Part shown: positions 27,288-40,430 of the stretch, piece by piece | Layout: each line of letters opens with the position of its first letter | Position numbering within the stretch: the stretch's first letter is position 1 | Notes under the pieces: generated by a model | What the model was told of the DNA's origin: nothing | The model's database searches: none | What the model saw: only the letters and a program-made list of their open reading frames with translations | Assembly: GCF_036321535.1 (NCBI RefSeq) | Contig: NC_087437.1 | Location: forward strand, 7,688,001-7,752,000 | Origin: Camelus dromedarius | Lineage: Eukaryota | Length of the DNA stretch: 64,000 bases | Direction: 5' to 3' | Program-made: the position numbers and the translations under genes

Positions 27288-27314
27288 GATTGATAATTTT
27301 TTTGAAAAAGGATA

Positions 27315-27852
27315 TGTTATCGAGCCAAACTCATTCTGCTCATGGCACGACAGGCCAATAAATCTGGAGACGAGGTGTTGGGGCAAGGAACAGAGACTTT
27401 ATTCAGAAAACCGGAAGACCAAGAAGATGGCAGACTGGTGTCCTTGAGAACCATCTTCTTGGACTTAGGATTCAGGCTCTTTTTATACTAAAAAGGGGAG
27501 GGGATGTGGTTGATTGTTGCATACTTGTTGGTGTAAGAATTCTTTGTTCTTGGAATCCTTTGTCCTTGCAGCTGTCCACGTGGGTCAGGTCATGGTGCCA
27601 CTGTAAAACCTCCAACAAAACAAAGGTTATTTTCTATTCTGCAGCTTGTTATCTTTATGTGAATGCAGAACCGTTAATATCCTTAAAGATCAGAGCCTTG
27701 AGAATAGGCTATCCTGTGTATTTCAGGCTATAGGCAACACTGTTTTATAAAAAGTGCAGAGCTAGCAAGACTCAGCCTAGAAAACAAGGCAGAAGGTTAA
27801 AACCAAAGGAACAGATCTAATATGGAGTCAGATTTTTTTCTTTTCTAGTACA
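27315..27852 (-). mobile_element. Solo LTR, ERV1-like family (copy 1 of 4)
   Basis: TGTTA...TACA termini; 4-bp TSD gata/aata; minus-strand TATAAAA (27481-27487) and AATAAA (27398-27403); clearly similar to three other copies in the window. Confidence 0.85.
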
Positions 27853-28722
27853 AATATGCATGCCTAATTAACCATTAGCGTCACCAAGAAATTATTAATC
27901 CACCTTGGGTTCCATCAGCACTCATGTAAATCTGCTCTAATTTTTTAATGAGTGATAAATTTCTTGAAATCTTAGGAAAAACATAAAAAGAAACAATAAA
28001 CACTTCCCTTTTATCTCTGTGAGATACTTCAGTTGATGAGATGGCTCATCATATTAGGAAAAACAACACATTACTCAAAGGGAAGAACAGCATTCAAAAG
28101 TGGCCATATATGAAGAAGAGTAAGGGAGCAAAGATTCAACTGTCTTAATGGAACCAGGAGTTCTCTGCAGGGAAAGAGTGGGTGTTGAACACTTAACTAT
28201 GTGCCAGGAGGCAGGATGATAGGTGTTTTCGCCAGCCGTCTCCCATCTAAGCCTGTTGTAAGGCCCTGCAGGTAGTGAGTGTCTAAGGATCCATCCCAGG
28301 TCTGACTTCAAAGCCAAAAGGAAACACTTCGTTTGGAAGAATGAGCAAAAGCATGGCAAATATGCATGCAGATTAGATGGTGGCCAGAGCACGGGACCAG
28401 TAGCCCCAGGGCTGGACTCGTGGCCCATCATTCTTACCTATAAAGTGAAGAAATGTGCAAGGTGTCAGTACATGGCTCACTTGATTCAGGCTACCTGTCA
28501 GGAGATGTGATATCATTTTGAGTATTAAATATTATAGATCACCTGTGTCCTTCAACGATCAACATAAAGGTCCATTTTCCAAGTGTTTCCTCAATTAAAA
28601 AAAAAAATTGTTTCCACAATTAGTAGGGCTATCCTGCAAAGCTTAGAGGTTCTCTAAGACATTAGACAGGGAATTTTCCCTCAATTTTTTTCAAATGATA
28701 ATTAGACTTTATATCTTAACAC

Positions 28723-29253
28723 TATTAATGAGTCCAAACTCATTCTGCCCACCACATGACAGGCCAGTACATTGGGAGAGGAGATGTTAGGGCAAAGAAT
28801 AACGACTTTATTCAGAAAGCTGGCCGATCGAGAAGATGGCAGACTAATGTCCTGGAGAACCATCTTCTTGGACTTAGAATTGAGGCTTCTTTTGTACTAA
28901 AAGGAGAGGGGGGTGTGGTTGGTTGGTGCAAAATTCTTGGTGTCAGAATCCTTTATTCTTTCAGCTGTCCGTGTGGATCAGGTCATGGTGTCCCAGTAAA
29001 CTTCTAACAAAACAAATGTTATTTTCTATTTTGCAGCTTTTTTTTCCTTATATGAATGGGAAAGTGTTAATACCCTTAAAGGTCAGAGCCTTGAGAATGG
29101 GCTGTCCTGTTTCAGGACAAGGCAACAGGCTCTAGGCAACAGTCTTTTACAAAAGGTGTAGAACCGGCAAGACTAAGCCCAGGAAACAGAGCACAGGGTT
29201 ACAGCCGAAGGAACAGATCTAATATGGAGTCAGACTTGTTCTTTTCTGTTACA
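28723..29253 (-). mobile_element. Solo LTR, same family (copy 2)
   Basis: Shares the gagtccaaactc..., ggtcagagccttgagaatgggct and gatctaatatggagtcaga...ctgttaca blocks; TSD acac/atac; TATA box mutated. Confidence 0.85.
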
Positions 29254-29533
29254 ATACCAGCAGACCTGTAGCTAATCTGTGCAAAACAGCCTTAGGTGGA
29301 CTTCCCCCTGACCTGACCTAAGTCCTGAGGAGTCCTATTGCCTGATTGGAATCTAATCAGTTACCTTTGGGAAGAAGGATATTTCAGCTCAACAAAATAA
29401 AACTTCGTGGGACCATCATAATGTTTATAGTTGAGTGAAATCTAGAATGTCACATGAAATTCAGTTCCACTGCCGCTGAAATATTCAAATGATCAAAGAA
29501 TCAATAAAAAATGTTTTAATCCCAATGAGTCCT

Positions 29534-29650
29534 GTCTTAGGATGCTTGGGTTGCTGTAGCGAAACACCATAGTCTGGCACCTTAAGCAGCAGACACATAT
29601 TTCTCGTGGTTCTGGGGGCTGCGGAGTCTGAGATCAAGGTGCCAGCGTAG
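29534..29650 (-). mobile_element. MLT1 fragment
   Basis: tgtcttag..gttgctgtagc.aaacaccatag.ctgg..atttctc.tggttctgg.ggctg..gagtctgagatcaaggtgccagc. Confidence 0.65.
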
Positions 29651-30334
29651 TCTCAGCATTGCTTTTAGGAGGTCTCCGGGGAGGGGCTATGAGAAAGGGA
29701 TTAGCAGGTCTGGAGGAGATGAGACCCATCAGTAGGGTAACGGCTTTTTGAAAACAGAATAATAACCCTTAGATCAACACATCCATATTGGCAAGGTAGA
29801 TTGCTGTTCTCGAGTTCAAAGGTTTTTAAGTTTCAGTCTGTTAATTAATAGAGTAATTTTATGAGTGTGTCACAAAAATCATATAAGGATGTTGACATAT
29901 AAAATTTTTCTTAGTGAATGGCTTGAATAAAACAGAAGAAGATACAGAATTGTTTCACAATACAAGACCAGTAAATCCAAACTGAAAGCAATAGTTTTTT
30001 TTCAGTTCCATTTTAGGAGGAGCACAACCCGGCAGATTAACCTACGTCCAGCGTTTTTGAAAAAATCTTGGCAGTGAAGACCTGGTTACAGTTTCACTCT
30101 GCACTCTAGTCAGATGGGTTGGTCTACTGTGACTTCTGCTCTTTGCCATCCTTACCCATGGGCCTGGTGTCATCTCCTCACCCTTCTACTACGACAATGA
30201 CCCAGTCTTCCCTGTTCAGTGCAGGTCCACGGTGCAGCACATCCTTAATCCTTTGTAAGTGTCTCTCCCTCCTCTGAGATTTTATAAAACTCATCATGTT
30301 TGCCTCTCATATACAATAATACTCATAATCATGA

Positions 30335-30580
30335 CACTTAGCACAGATTGAGTGGTTACCACGTGCCAGGGATTGTTCTAAGCACTTATAGGTTTTATCT
30401 TATTTAATTATCACAGAATACTTTTGAGTAGATATTATTATCATCTCTATTTTTAGAGGTGGATACATTAAAGCCCAAGAAGGGTAAGTAACCTGCCTAA
30501 GCTCACACAGTTAACAAGTGGTGGAATGAGGCTTGGAACCTGTGCAGGTTGGTTCCAGAGCCCACACTATTAACCGCTCT
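30335..30580 (-). mobile_element. MIR SINE
   Basis: gtgccagg..tgttctaagcactt..tattattatc.tctattttta..gtaagtaacctgcctaagctcacacagttaacaagtgg. Confidence 0.75.
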
Positions 30581-33284
30581 GCACTTGTGCCTTTCATTTG
30601 TCCTACTTTGCAAGGGAGATACATTTTTAATCATTTTTACTGTGTGTGTTTTCATGGGCATTTTTTGTCTCCTGGCCATCGTTGATGTATTTGCCCTACT
30701 CTGGGTAACATATTTGAGAAAAGGGGATCTCCTCTTTCTCCACTCCCAGACCATAGTTCTGATGGAACTTTATCCATCCCTCCCAGACTCCAGGTATGTC
30801 TGACTCATGCCTGGCCAACCAGGGCTGTACACCCCTGATGCAGAAATTAATCCAGGGTTAGACACACAAACCCACCAGAGCCAAGGAGACATGAGATGCA
30901 GGCATACGTCCTTTCTGGCTAAATTTGAAACTGAGATGGCAGAAATTCTTAGAACCTTTCTGAGAATGGAGTTAACTCAGAGCCTGGACCAAATTTTTTT
31001 TTCTCCCTCTTCAGCCAATTTGAGTGGGATTTTTTTTTTTGTCAGTTTCTGCAAAAAGCATCTCAACTGTATAGGGTAGATTTATTCTTCTAGATAAAAA
31101 GGTGAATTTTTAGACATAAGGACTGACTTTTTCAAATTCTTCTGCAGTGTTTTGCACTTAGCTATTGTATGATATTAATTGACTCATTTTGGAAGTCAGC
31201 TGAATCTATGCTAAACCAGAATTCTTGCTCAGTGTACTTCAAATTGCATACAGACTTAGGTTAACTTTACTGTGCGTTAAACTTTCACTTCTTTATTTGA
31301 AGTCATACATTCCAGCAGTGTGAGTGTCTATAGATAAATCTATGGCATAAAAAGAAATAAATGACTTCGATCTCTATCCCCTCTACTTTTTCTTGTTATT
31401 CAGAACTTGAGGGAAGCAGGGCTTCGTGACCGGTTTGCTCTAGCAGATTCTAACTGTGATATAACACACCATAGTGGAAGGGACACTGCCTTAGGAGTGG
31501 GAAACTTGGCAAGTTACGGACCCTCGGGTTGGCGTTTAATTCTCTCCCAGGCTTGGGCTGGAGTTTCCTCTTACATACTCTGAATATGCCACATATATAT
31601 CCCTTCCCCTTACATTCATCTTATTAAAAAGAATGGGAACGATGACTATTTGGCATGTTTGTGCATCATCCATCACTTCATGGAAATCCTTCTGATGTCA
31701 TCAGCAGCTAATCAGAGCTCCTGGTTTTGTGATATCAGCACAAATATTACTCTAGATAAAGTCTAGGTTAGGAGAGTATGATAGAAATATGGCTCTTGGG
31801 GGTACCAGGATGAATAAAAATGACTCCTCCTAGGTTTTGTGCAGTATTAAAATGAGCTCAAGGAGCTTGCTTCTTCACCACTTTTCTGGGCCATACAATT
31901 GAAACTGGGTAAGATGTTCCATAAGTTCCCTTCTAGCCTCAGCTTCTGTGAAAAGACACATGGCCATTGGCTGGAATCAGCTCAAGACTACCTTTAGTAG
32001 TCAGGATGGGGCCTCCTTCTTATTCCAGATCCCTGTTCTTTTGGGACTGGATGAGTTCTGGTGCCCAGGTTTTCCTGAGGACACTTTTTCTCCAGGATTG
32101 TCCTTGGCTTCTTGGGCTTCTGAGGACATGCTGGCCCGTGAGCTGTTCTAGAGCTCCAGCAATATGAGCAGTTGCCTTGAGTGGAGAACACAGAGGAAGT
32201 TCAGGCCTCCAATTGTAGGTCACGCTAAGGAGTTGATTTCTATTCTTCATTCAGTGGTGGGTGGGTCCTGTCAAGGCATGGGACTATTTCTGGTTGTCTG
32301 AGGACAGCTTTTCTCTATTTCACAGTCTTATCTGGGGCAGGTCAGCTAGCTAACTCTGTAATACAGTAAAATGGTCCCAGGAGTCACAAGTCCAACCCCC
32401 ATCTCTGCCACTAGCTAGCAGTGTCAGATTAGGACGGGCATTTGCCTCTCCTAATTGCTGTTTCTCCAGCTACAGTGTAACACAATTAGTCTAGATAATT
32501 TCTGAGGCTTCTTTTTAATGGCAAGGATCTATAATTCCATAATCATTCATGTCAGGAAGGCTTGTCGTATGCCAGGTCACAGACCATCTTTAGAGATATT
32601 GAACCAATGACCCTATTTTCTGCATCTTCAGTCCAAGCTCGCCAGAGGAAGGGAACGCTCAGTGTGTTTGCCAAATGCAGTATTACTATCCAGGAAAAAA
32701 ACTCCTGTTTTGGCCTAAGTTCTTGAAATTGAAGTGCACACTCTTTTTTTCTGATGCTCCCACAGATTCAACTGGAAAAAAAAAAGCAGTAGATAGCTCT
32801 GTGACTAAGGGAAGAAGCACTTTCTGAGGAGTGTTACACATAAGATTGCAGATGGTCCTATGAAGTTTCCTAGGGTCCCTGGTTAACTTACGGTCCTATT
32901 CAGGGAGGAGAAAGACAAAAATAGACCTTAGTATCTGTGTTGAATTTAGTGGGAGTTTGCATTTCAACACCAATTCTTAAGTGGCTTGATTCTCATAAAC
33001 CCTACATTTTGTGGAGTGTTTGCTGTTACATAATGGTGAAATGAATAGAATTGGGAAATATTTGAACTTCATTTGTGCTCACTGAGTGCTTTTCCCCCCT
33101 CCTTTAAACCACCTACATGCGGAAACCTAGGATCAATTATGTGAAGTTTAATTTTTAAAAGTTTTGATTAAGCTGGATCATTATACACTCTCCTTCTCCA
33201 GCAAGTTAGTTCTCAAATAGGAATGTATTGGGGAAAATGGTTAGTTGAAATTCCCATTCTCATTTGCTCTCATTTGATCTGGAT

Positions 33285-33498
33285 CAGGGAGCAGCAGACT
33301 TTCTGTGTAAAGGCCTGATAGTAAATATTTTAGGCTTTGTGGGCCAGATAGTCTCTATCTGAACTACTTTATTCTTTCACTATAGCGAAAAAGCGGTCAT
33401 AGACAATATGTAAATAAATGGATGTGGCCCTGTTCCAATAAAACTTTATTTACAAAAACAAGATGACTGGTCGGTGGGCTGAAGTTTGCAGATTCTTG
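33285..33498. mobile_element. MER58A-like hAT DNA transposon
   Basis: gatagtaaatattttaggctttgtgggcca..catagacaatatgtaaa..tgttccaataaaactttatttacaaaaaca; degenerate terminal repeats and TSD-like atctggat/atctagag. Confidence 0.85.
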
Positions 33499-34973
33499 AT
33501 CTAGAGAATGAATTAACCACCTTTCCCAACACTAGGTCGTTTTATACTGGAAATAGCTTTGGAATCGGAGATCTGTCTATCTGGCTCCCAATTATGGCTC
33601 TTCTAATCACTGGGCATGATACTCTGCAAAGTCTTATTAGCGTGGGTCTTATTTTGGTCATTATAATTCAGTACTTACCATGTGTTAGTTAAGAACTAAT
33701 AAAGTTGGTGTTGTGCTTAAGACCTTGTGTAATACTTTAATTGTCACAGGAATGTCAGTGGCCTTCAGAATTGTAGGTCAGGGCTCAGATCAGGGGGACC
33801 ATGTTTCTGGTCTGGAGGAGAGAGAGGAAAGAAAAAATCTCCTCCACGTGATCTTGGAAGTGGTCATGTTCTAGAATCCTAAACAGACACGGCACAGTAT
33901 TGTGCAGTATTAAAACTGGGGAATGAGGCGTCAGTGCCAGAAATGCTAAAGAAATGACCATTTCTTTGGTTCAATTTCTAACTGAAGAGGTACGATAGGG
34001 AAAGTCAGGTTTGTGCAAGGAGGTTTGAGAGACCGTAGAGTCAGACAGGCCAAGTTTTAGGAACCCAGGACACCGGCAGGTACAGCCCAGGTATTGAGAA
34101 AGGGAAATCTTGCCTGTGCTCTCTGTGATAGCTATACAAACCGTTCCTATCCAAGATTTTCTTTGAATAAACTGAGGCTATTTGTTGCCAGCTCTTGTCT
34201 CATAAAGCTTACAGGCCCTGAGGCACTGCCTGGCACCTCACACATGGTAAATAGAGGCAGAACCGTAGAATGTTGACATATGGAGATCATTTGGGTACCC
34301 ATTATACATGACTAAAAACGAGTATGTATTAGTAGTTGGTGGTTTGCCACCTGGTTGACCCACCTGGAATGCTTTAGTATGCCTCGAAAATAGGTCTTTT
34401 GCACACTTAAACAAATGTCTCCTGACCTAAATGAATTATCTTTATAATACTAATTTAATTAGTGAATTATCAAATCAAGGCTAGTAATCCAGGACCTTTT
34501 CTCTTAGGTTTTACTGAGATTATTACAGATTCAAAGTTTGGATTCAAGTGAGTGAGAGGCTATCATTTTTATTTTAGGGCAAAAAAATCAAGAGACTTTC
34601 TTACAGTTTGCCCCCATGTGTGTAAGAATTGTTTCAAAAGAAACTCTCAAGTTGTCAGAGGCTTAAGTTCATTATACGGTGAATCCACGGGCATAACTGG
34701 AGACATGTGAAGCAACTGAGAGGGGACTGTCCCTGAACTGAATATTTAGTGTCACCCTGATTATGAATGCGTGACCCAAAGATTTAAAAGAAATTAAGTA
34801 ATTTATTGATTTTAAGTTATTTGGCTTCTGTGCAACTCTCCTTATTTTGAAAAAGACAGATAAACCTAAAAATTTCTTTAGGAATAAATCATCTTTTGTG
34901 TATGATTTGTTGCATCATTTTGTGATTGGATTATATAAGGAGGTTTTAAAGTTCACATAAAAAATGACATATA

Positions 34974-35170
34974 GGTGGTTTTCTCAACCTTGGCACTGTT
35001 GACATTTTGGTTCAGGTAATTGTTTATGGTGGAAGATCGTCTTGTGTATTGCAGAATTTTTAGCAGCATTCCTGGTCTCTATCCACAAGTTGCTAGTAGC
35101 ACACCCCGGTTTTGACAACCCAAACTGTCTCCAGACATTGTCAAAAGCTCCTCTGGTTAAGAAACGTTGG
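34974..35170. mobile_element. MER20-like hAT DNA transposon
   Basis: ttctcaaccttggcactgttgacattttgg..ttagcagcattcctgg..tgtctccagacattg..ggttaagaaac. Confidence 0.85.
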
Positions 35171-36817
35171 TATACAGCAGCCAAGCTACCACCCTATAAC
35201 ATATAGCATTAAGAAATAGAAGAGGGACCATATTAATAACAAAACCACATCTTTGCTAGTTGAGTATTGGAGTTGAAATCAATTAATTTGTGTATTTTTG
35301 AGTTGTGCATTGTTATGCCTGGCTTTCGAAGGAAGCCGATCACTTAGACAGAAAGCAACCTTCCAAAGACTCTCTCTGTCACGTTGTCAGTGTCACGCTG
35401 TGTGTAATAAACAGGACCATATTATTGACTCTGTTCTTCAACCAGAGGTTGCAGGCAGAGCAGCAATGATGGAGTTACATCTCAGAAGGGAAAGTGAATT
35501 GGGCCTTATCTTGGGACCTCTGTGAATTAGCTGGATCACCTTCGAACCTCCCAGCACACCTTTTGTCTGGATAAATCAGACTGCTTACTTTTCCTTAAGG
35601 TCAAGAAATGTGAGTTATTTATCTCTGTCTCCATAGCTCAGTGGCTGGCAAAGGATACATAGATGCTTTAAAACTAGATGAATAGGTGGAACCTATTTGT
35701 TGACCTTGTAGACAGGGAGTTGGCATACGTTTTCTGCCCTTCCTTTTGCCTCCTTTACCCCTGCACTTTGATTCCTGGCTATTTCTTGCTGGCCTGAGTT
35801 CCTCATAGATACCCTGTTCTATTCCTTCCCTGACTCAAAGGAAGGCCAAGACCTTGCTTTGCCAGAGCAGAAAGGCACTAAGGGATTTTTATGGAGGACA
35901 TTGGGGAATACCAGTGAGAGAAGTATCAGATCCTTCCAGCACCCAACCATCATTGTGATAAAACTGTGACTGCTACAGAGTATTAAGACAAACCTTTTAA
36001 AATTATTTTTTCACCTTTACTGGATTTCTCCTTTAGCATTCCTATAAACTTGTTTCTCATATTAAGTAATTTTTAAAATATATTCTATAATTCTAAGATA
36101 CAGACCAATTTCCTATAGGACTTAATTATTTTTCAATGTCAGTTACCAACACATTTTTAAATTTTGGGGTTTGACAGCCCTCAAGAACAAAGTGCACATA
36201 AATTATGAGAAAATGAATGATAAAGGCATAAGACAAAGGCTTTGGAATTGGGCAGAACTAAATACTGTCATGCTGCCTCTTGTAAACTGCAAGGACTTGG
36301 GCAAGTTGTTTAAACGTATTGAGCTTTAGTTTCACTATCATTAAAATGGGCGAGTGCCCACCTTAGAACGTGACCACAAGAATTAGAGAAAAAAATAAAT
36401 CAGATGTTGTTTGGATAACATTTGTATAACATCAGTTGTAGTCACAGTAAGCAGTTAATGACTGGTGGCGGTTGTGGAGGCAGTGGTATTAACTAGATGT
36501 GGCAGGGCCAGCACTCTGCAAGGTCATAAATTCTCTCTGGTACCTTTTTCACTCCTCTTTCTGGGTCAGGCTAACTGGAACCTTTTCCTCTATCCTGTGG
36601 TGTATGCTGGTGCTCTGTTGGTTGTCAGCTGATCCTTGCTAAGAAGCTGAGTGTCCCTTCCAGGGAGCAGTCGTGTTTTAGTAGACGGACTCTTTAATGT
36701 CAGGTGGGGGCTCAGGAATCTGAGCAAAGATGAGACTACGGTAACACTACCCTATTGCTCTGTCTTTCCTCTTTTCCTGGTGATTTGTTTTCTCCCTTCC
36801 TGGATCCCAAAACAAGG

Positions 36818-37320
36818 TGTATCCATCAGCCTTTGCTACATAACAGATTTCTCCAGAACTTGAAAACAACAGCAGTTTATTATTTCTTGTGACTTTTGGG
36901 GTAGCTGGTGTGGTTCTTTTGTTCCAAGTGGTGGTGTCTGGAGCCACTTGCGTAGCTGCTGTTAGCTTGGAAGTAGGCCAGGGCTGGAGCATCCCAAAGG
37001 ACTTCACACATCTGGTGCCCTCAGTGAGGAGGGTGGACTCACCGGGGGTTGTCTCGGTCTCTCTCTCTCTTTTTCCTGTTTCTCTTCCTCTATCTCTATC
37101 TCTTACTGTCACTCTTTATTATTCAGTAGTTGAGTCTGCTAATTTGCACAGAGGCTGCATCCAAAGAAGGGAAATACAGAAGCACACATCATCTCTGCTG
37201 CCATAGTCTGTTGGTCAAAGAAAGCCCCAGGACCAGCTCAAATGCAAGGCAAGAGGAAGCAAACCCTACGATTTGAGAGAGGCATGCATGGGTGAGAATG
37301 TGAGGATTGTTTGGCGGCCG
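36818..37320. mobile_element. Old MLT1-like MaLR LTR
   Basis: tgtatccatcagc..ttgctacataaca..aaaacaacagcagtttattatttct, catctctgctgccatagtctgttggtcaaag. Confidence 0.55.
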
Positions 37321-37484
37321 TACCTGCAGTGCACCACGCTCCGGGAAGCCATTCCATTTCACCCCGCTTTCCACCATCTCCTCCTCATGAGTCCTTTTTC
37401 ATATTTTTTTTTCTTTCAGCCTCAGTAGAATCAGTGGTTTCTCATTTTATAAGAGGTACATGATTGTCATCATTCTCTTTAATG

Positions 37485-37725
37485 CAGTATGTTTAGTGGA
37501 AAATGCATGGGTTTTAGAGACATGTAGACCTCCAAATGGATGCCAGAGCCATATATTCCTAGTTGTATGACAGTGAGCAAGGACCATCAGCTCTCTTACC
37601 TCAGTCTTCTCAAATACTAAGCTGAGAGGATAAAATTGACCTGATGGGGTTAATATGAGTCTTAAATTACTATAGTTTATGCACAATGGTTAACTGAAAT
37701 GTAACAGAGGCTCAATAAATGTTGA
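37485..37725 (+). mobile_element. MIR SINE
   Basis: tagtggaaa..gcatggg.tttagag..tagttgtatgac..tgagcaag..cctcagt..ctcaataaatgtt. Confidence 0.6.
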
Positions 37726-38237
37726 TTCCTCTATTTCTCCCTATGTCTCCCTCTCTCTCCCAGTTTTTCTATTACCTTTTTCTGGAAGAGAAACATTTCT
37801 GAAACTTTCTAAACGTTGCTTATAATAATCAAATGCATTTGTTCTTATCCCTCTGATAGTTCCCAAAAATGCTTCCAGATTTTTAGAGCATTTTGAAAAT
37901 TGCTATTCTCTTAAGCTGATTGCCTTACCCTTCCCTGAATTTATCATGCTATTGCCACCCCTAAGCCTTGGGTCGTATTTTCCTCTTGCCTAATATCCAT
38001 CGTCATTGTCTGCTCCTAGATCCACATGAAATCCTTTCTCTTCTAAAAGACGACTCTGTCTACCGTTTCTGGTGTCTAATATTTGCAATTTTGTGTTTTA
38101 ATCTATCTTATGTTTCTGAACTCTTTTTTCCATCTAGTTTTATTTTCCATAATGGTTTTGGGGGTCTTTTACACCATGTTTCTCCCAATTGCTCACTCCA
38201 GATTCTGCACACTAGAACTAGAACTAAACCTTTAGTA

Positions 38238-38357
38238 GGGGAGGATATAGCTCATGCTTAGCATGCACAAGGTCCTGGGTTCAATCCCCAGTACCTCTTC
38301 ATAAAATAAATAAATAAATCGAATCACCTCCCCACCACAAAAAAGTACAAACAAACA
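38238..38357 (+). mobile_element. tRNA-derived SINE (Vic-1-like) with a short internal deletion
   Basis: ggggaggatatagctca..gcatgcacaaggtcctgggttcaatccccagtacctc; TSD aaacctttagta / aaacctttggca. Confidence 0.88.
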
Positions 38358-40430
38358 AAACCTTTGGCATCTTTCAGTGCAAACATTTTGACTTGAATTC
38401 TTCTACAGAACACCCAAGGAGGCTTTAAAAGCTTATTTTAAGGGCCACATTACCCATGAAAGATTCCAGAAAACTGCATGATTCAATGTCTTGATAAATC
38501 CTGTGAGGGGCAGGTGGAAATAGAAACTAATGGGAATGATTGGGGACAATTGAACAATTGCAATTTTTGAGAGGGTAATATTGAAGAAAGCACATTCTCA
38601 TGATTGAATCATGCATTATGTTGTGTGATTATAATCTCCGTAAAATAAACTCCCAACCAATATGTGACTCATCATTTAAAAAATAGTGAATGAGAGAATT
38701 CTGTTTCTATCACAGTACTTGTTATATTTTTAGGAATTAAATTCTTTATCATGATTCTCAATAAACTGGAGCCAAAAGTTTTCTCCCAGTCTGTTCTCTA
38801 CTTCACTGGCAACACTCAACTTAACTGAAAGAAATGGAATGAAAAGCAGAAATACATGGTCCTCTGGCAGATTGGTGCGTTACTTCTGATGTGTGTACAT
38901 ACAACTATCTCGGTGAAATTGTTGGTGCTCATTAAAAGATAACTATTCCAGCCTTGGTCCAGTTATTTGAACTTAAAACTGAAAGATACTTTCATGAATT
39001 CAGAGGATTCAAAGAATCATTCATCAAAGTATTTTCATTCCTATATTTTCTGAAAATGTGTTTCCACCAGTATTATTAAGAAGCATAGATTTAAAAAAAA
39101 AGAAGTATTTATTCTTCCATTTGCCTCTCTGCCTTCTCTGTTAACAGTTTGGTGAATATTTTTTTCTGATATTAAAAATTACAGATTTTAATTTTCAAAT
39201 ATAGGGAGTGGTCACTTCTAAGATTCAGAATGGCTAGTGTTTCGATACCTACTTAGATTATAACCACATACTCTTATGTCTTTTAGTTTGTTTTTAAAAA
39301 TTTTTATTATGAAAAATTTTAATTAAAAAAGTAGAAAGCATGTTACAATAAAACCTCATGCATTCATTATCTAGCTATAATAATAATTTCTGACATTTAA
39401 AAGCAGGTAAATGTAAATTTGCTCTGACAAGTATCAAAGTAAATAATTCTTGAGTCATTTTGTAATTTGTTGTAGTAAGTTATGCAATTGCTTTTTAATG
39501 GCAAGTTAAACTAATCTTGATCTTCACACCTAGAATCTATTATAACTAATACTTTTCAGATTCTTAATATTAGTTTATCTTAATCTCTCACTTTATTTCC
39601 TGCTGTTTTGCTGCTTGTACCTCTCAGACTTTTAAAAATTTATCTTAGATAGTTCTGCTTCTCACTCCCAGGGGAAAACTACCTGCTCCTGTAATAATCC
39701 TCTGGCATTATTCTGATTTCTTCTGACTCAATAAGGGGTCTATTCAAAGGAAATTGAAGTCCTGCCTTTGAATTCTAAAACAGTTCTCCTTTTGTCTCTG
39801 CAGCCAATTCTTGCTAAACTTCCCCCAGTTTCTTAAAGTCCTTACACAGAACAACTGAAGTGAATATATCACCTACTCCAGTAAGGAAATGAATTAACTC
39901 TAGCTACAATTAGTAACTGACTTACCCCTATCTCTGTACGAAGTTATGAGTAGCTCGATTTTTAAACACTGTAACGTGTCTTTTAGGCCAGAAATTGTGT
40001 AAAGGATTATCCAGTATACTTCTCTTAGTGTATATTTTTCCCCCAGTTTGAAACAGATTACTTATTTAGTGATTTCCATTTCATTTCGTTCAATAAAATC
40101 TCAGTTAGAAACCCATTTTATAAAACAGACATACAGAAATGGGACTTCCAGGCTTTGTGTATTACCTGGTGATTTCTTCCTGTTCTGCACTCAGCATATT
40201 TCCATCCCTACAGCACCTCTTGTAACCCCTGGGGGTCTAAGGATCCCAGTTGAAGAAAAACCATAGTTCCTCAGAGACTGGATATTTGATAATGTTAAAA
40301 TACTGTGGTTATAAAGTTATGTGGTATTGTGATTCTGTTTTAAAATTTTTTCATCATATGTGTATGTGTGTGTGTATGTATATGTAGATAGATAAACTGA
40401 CTAGATTAGTTTAGATAGATAGATGGATAT

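Noticed and set aside
27315..29253. Two adjacent LTRs as the ends of one deleted provirus
   Set aside because: Each LTR has its own TSD, the copies differ substantially, and no gag/pol/env or primer-binding site is evident between them.
38238..38300. tRNA gene
   Set aside because: The tRNA-like head lacks a complete cloverleaf and is followed by a SINE tail and TSD; the same applies to the other copies.
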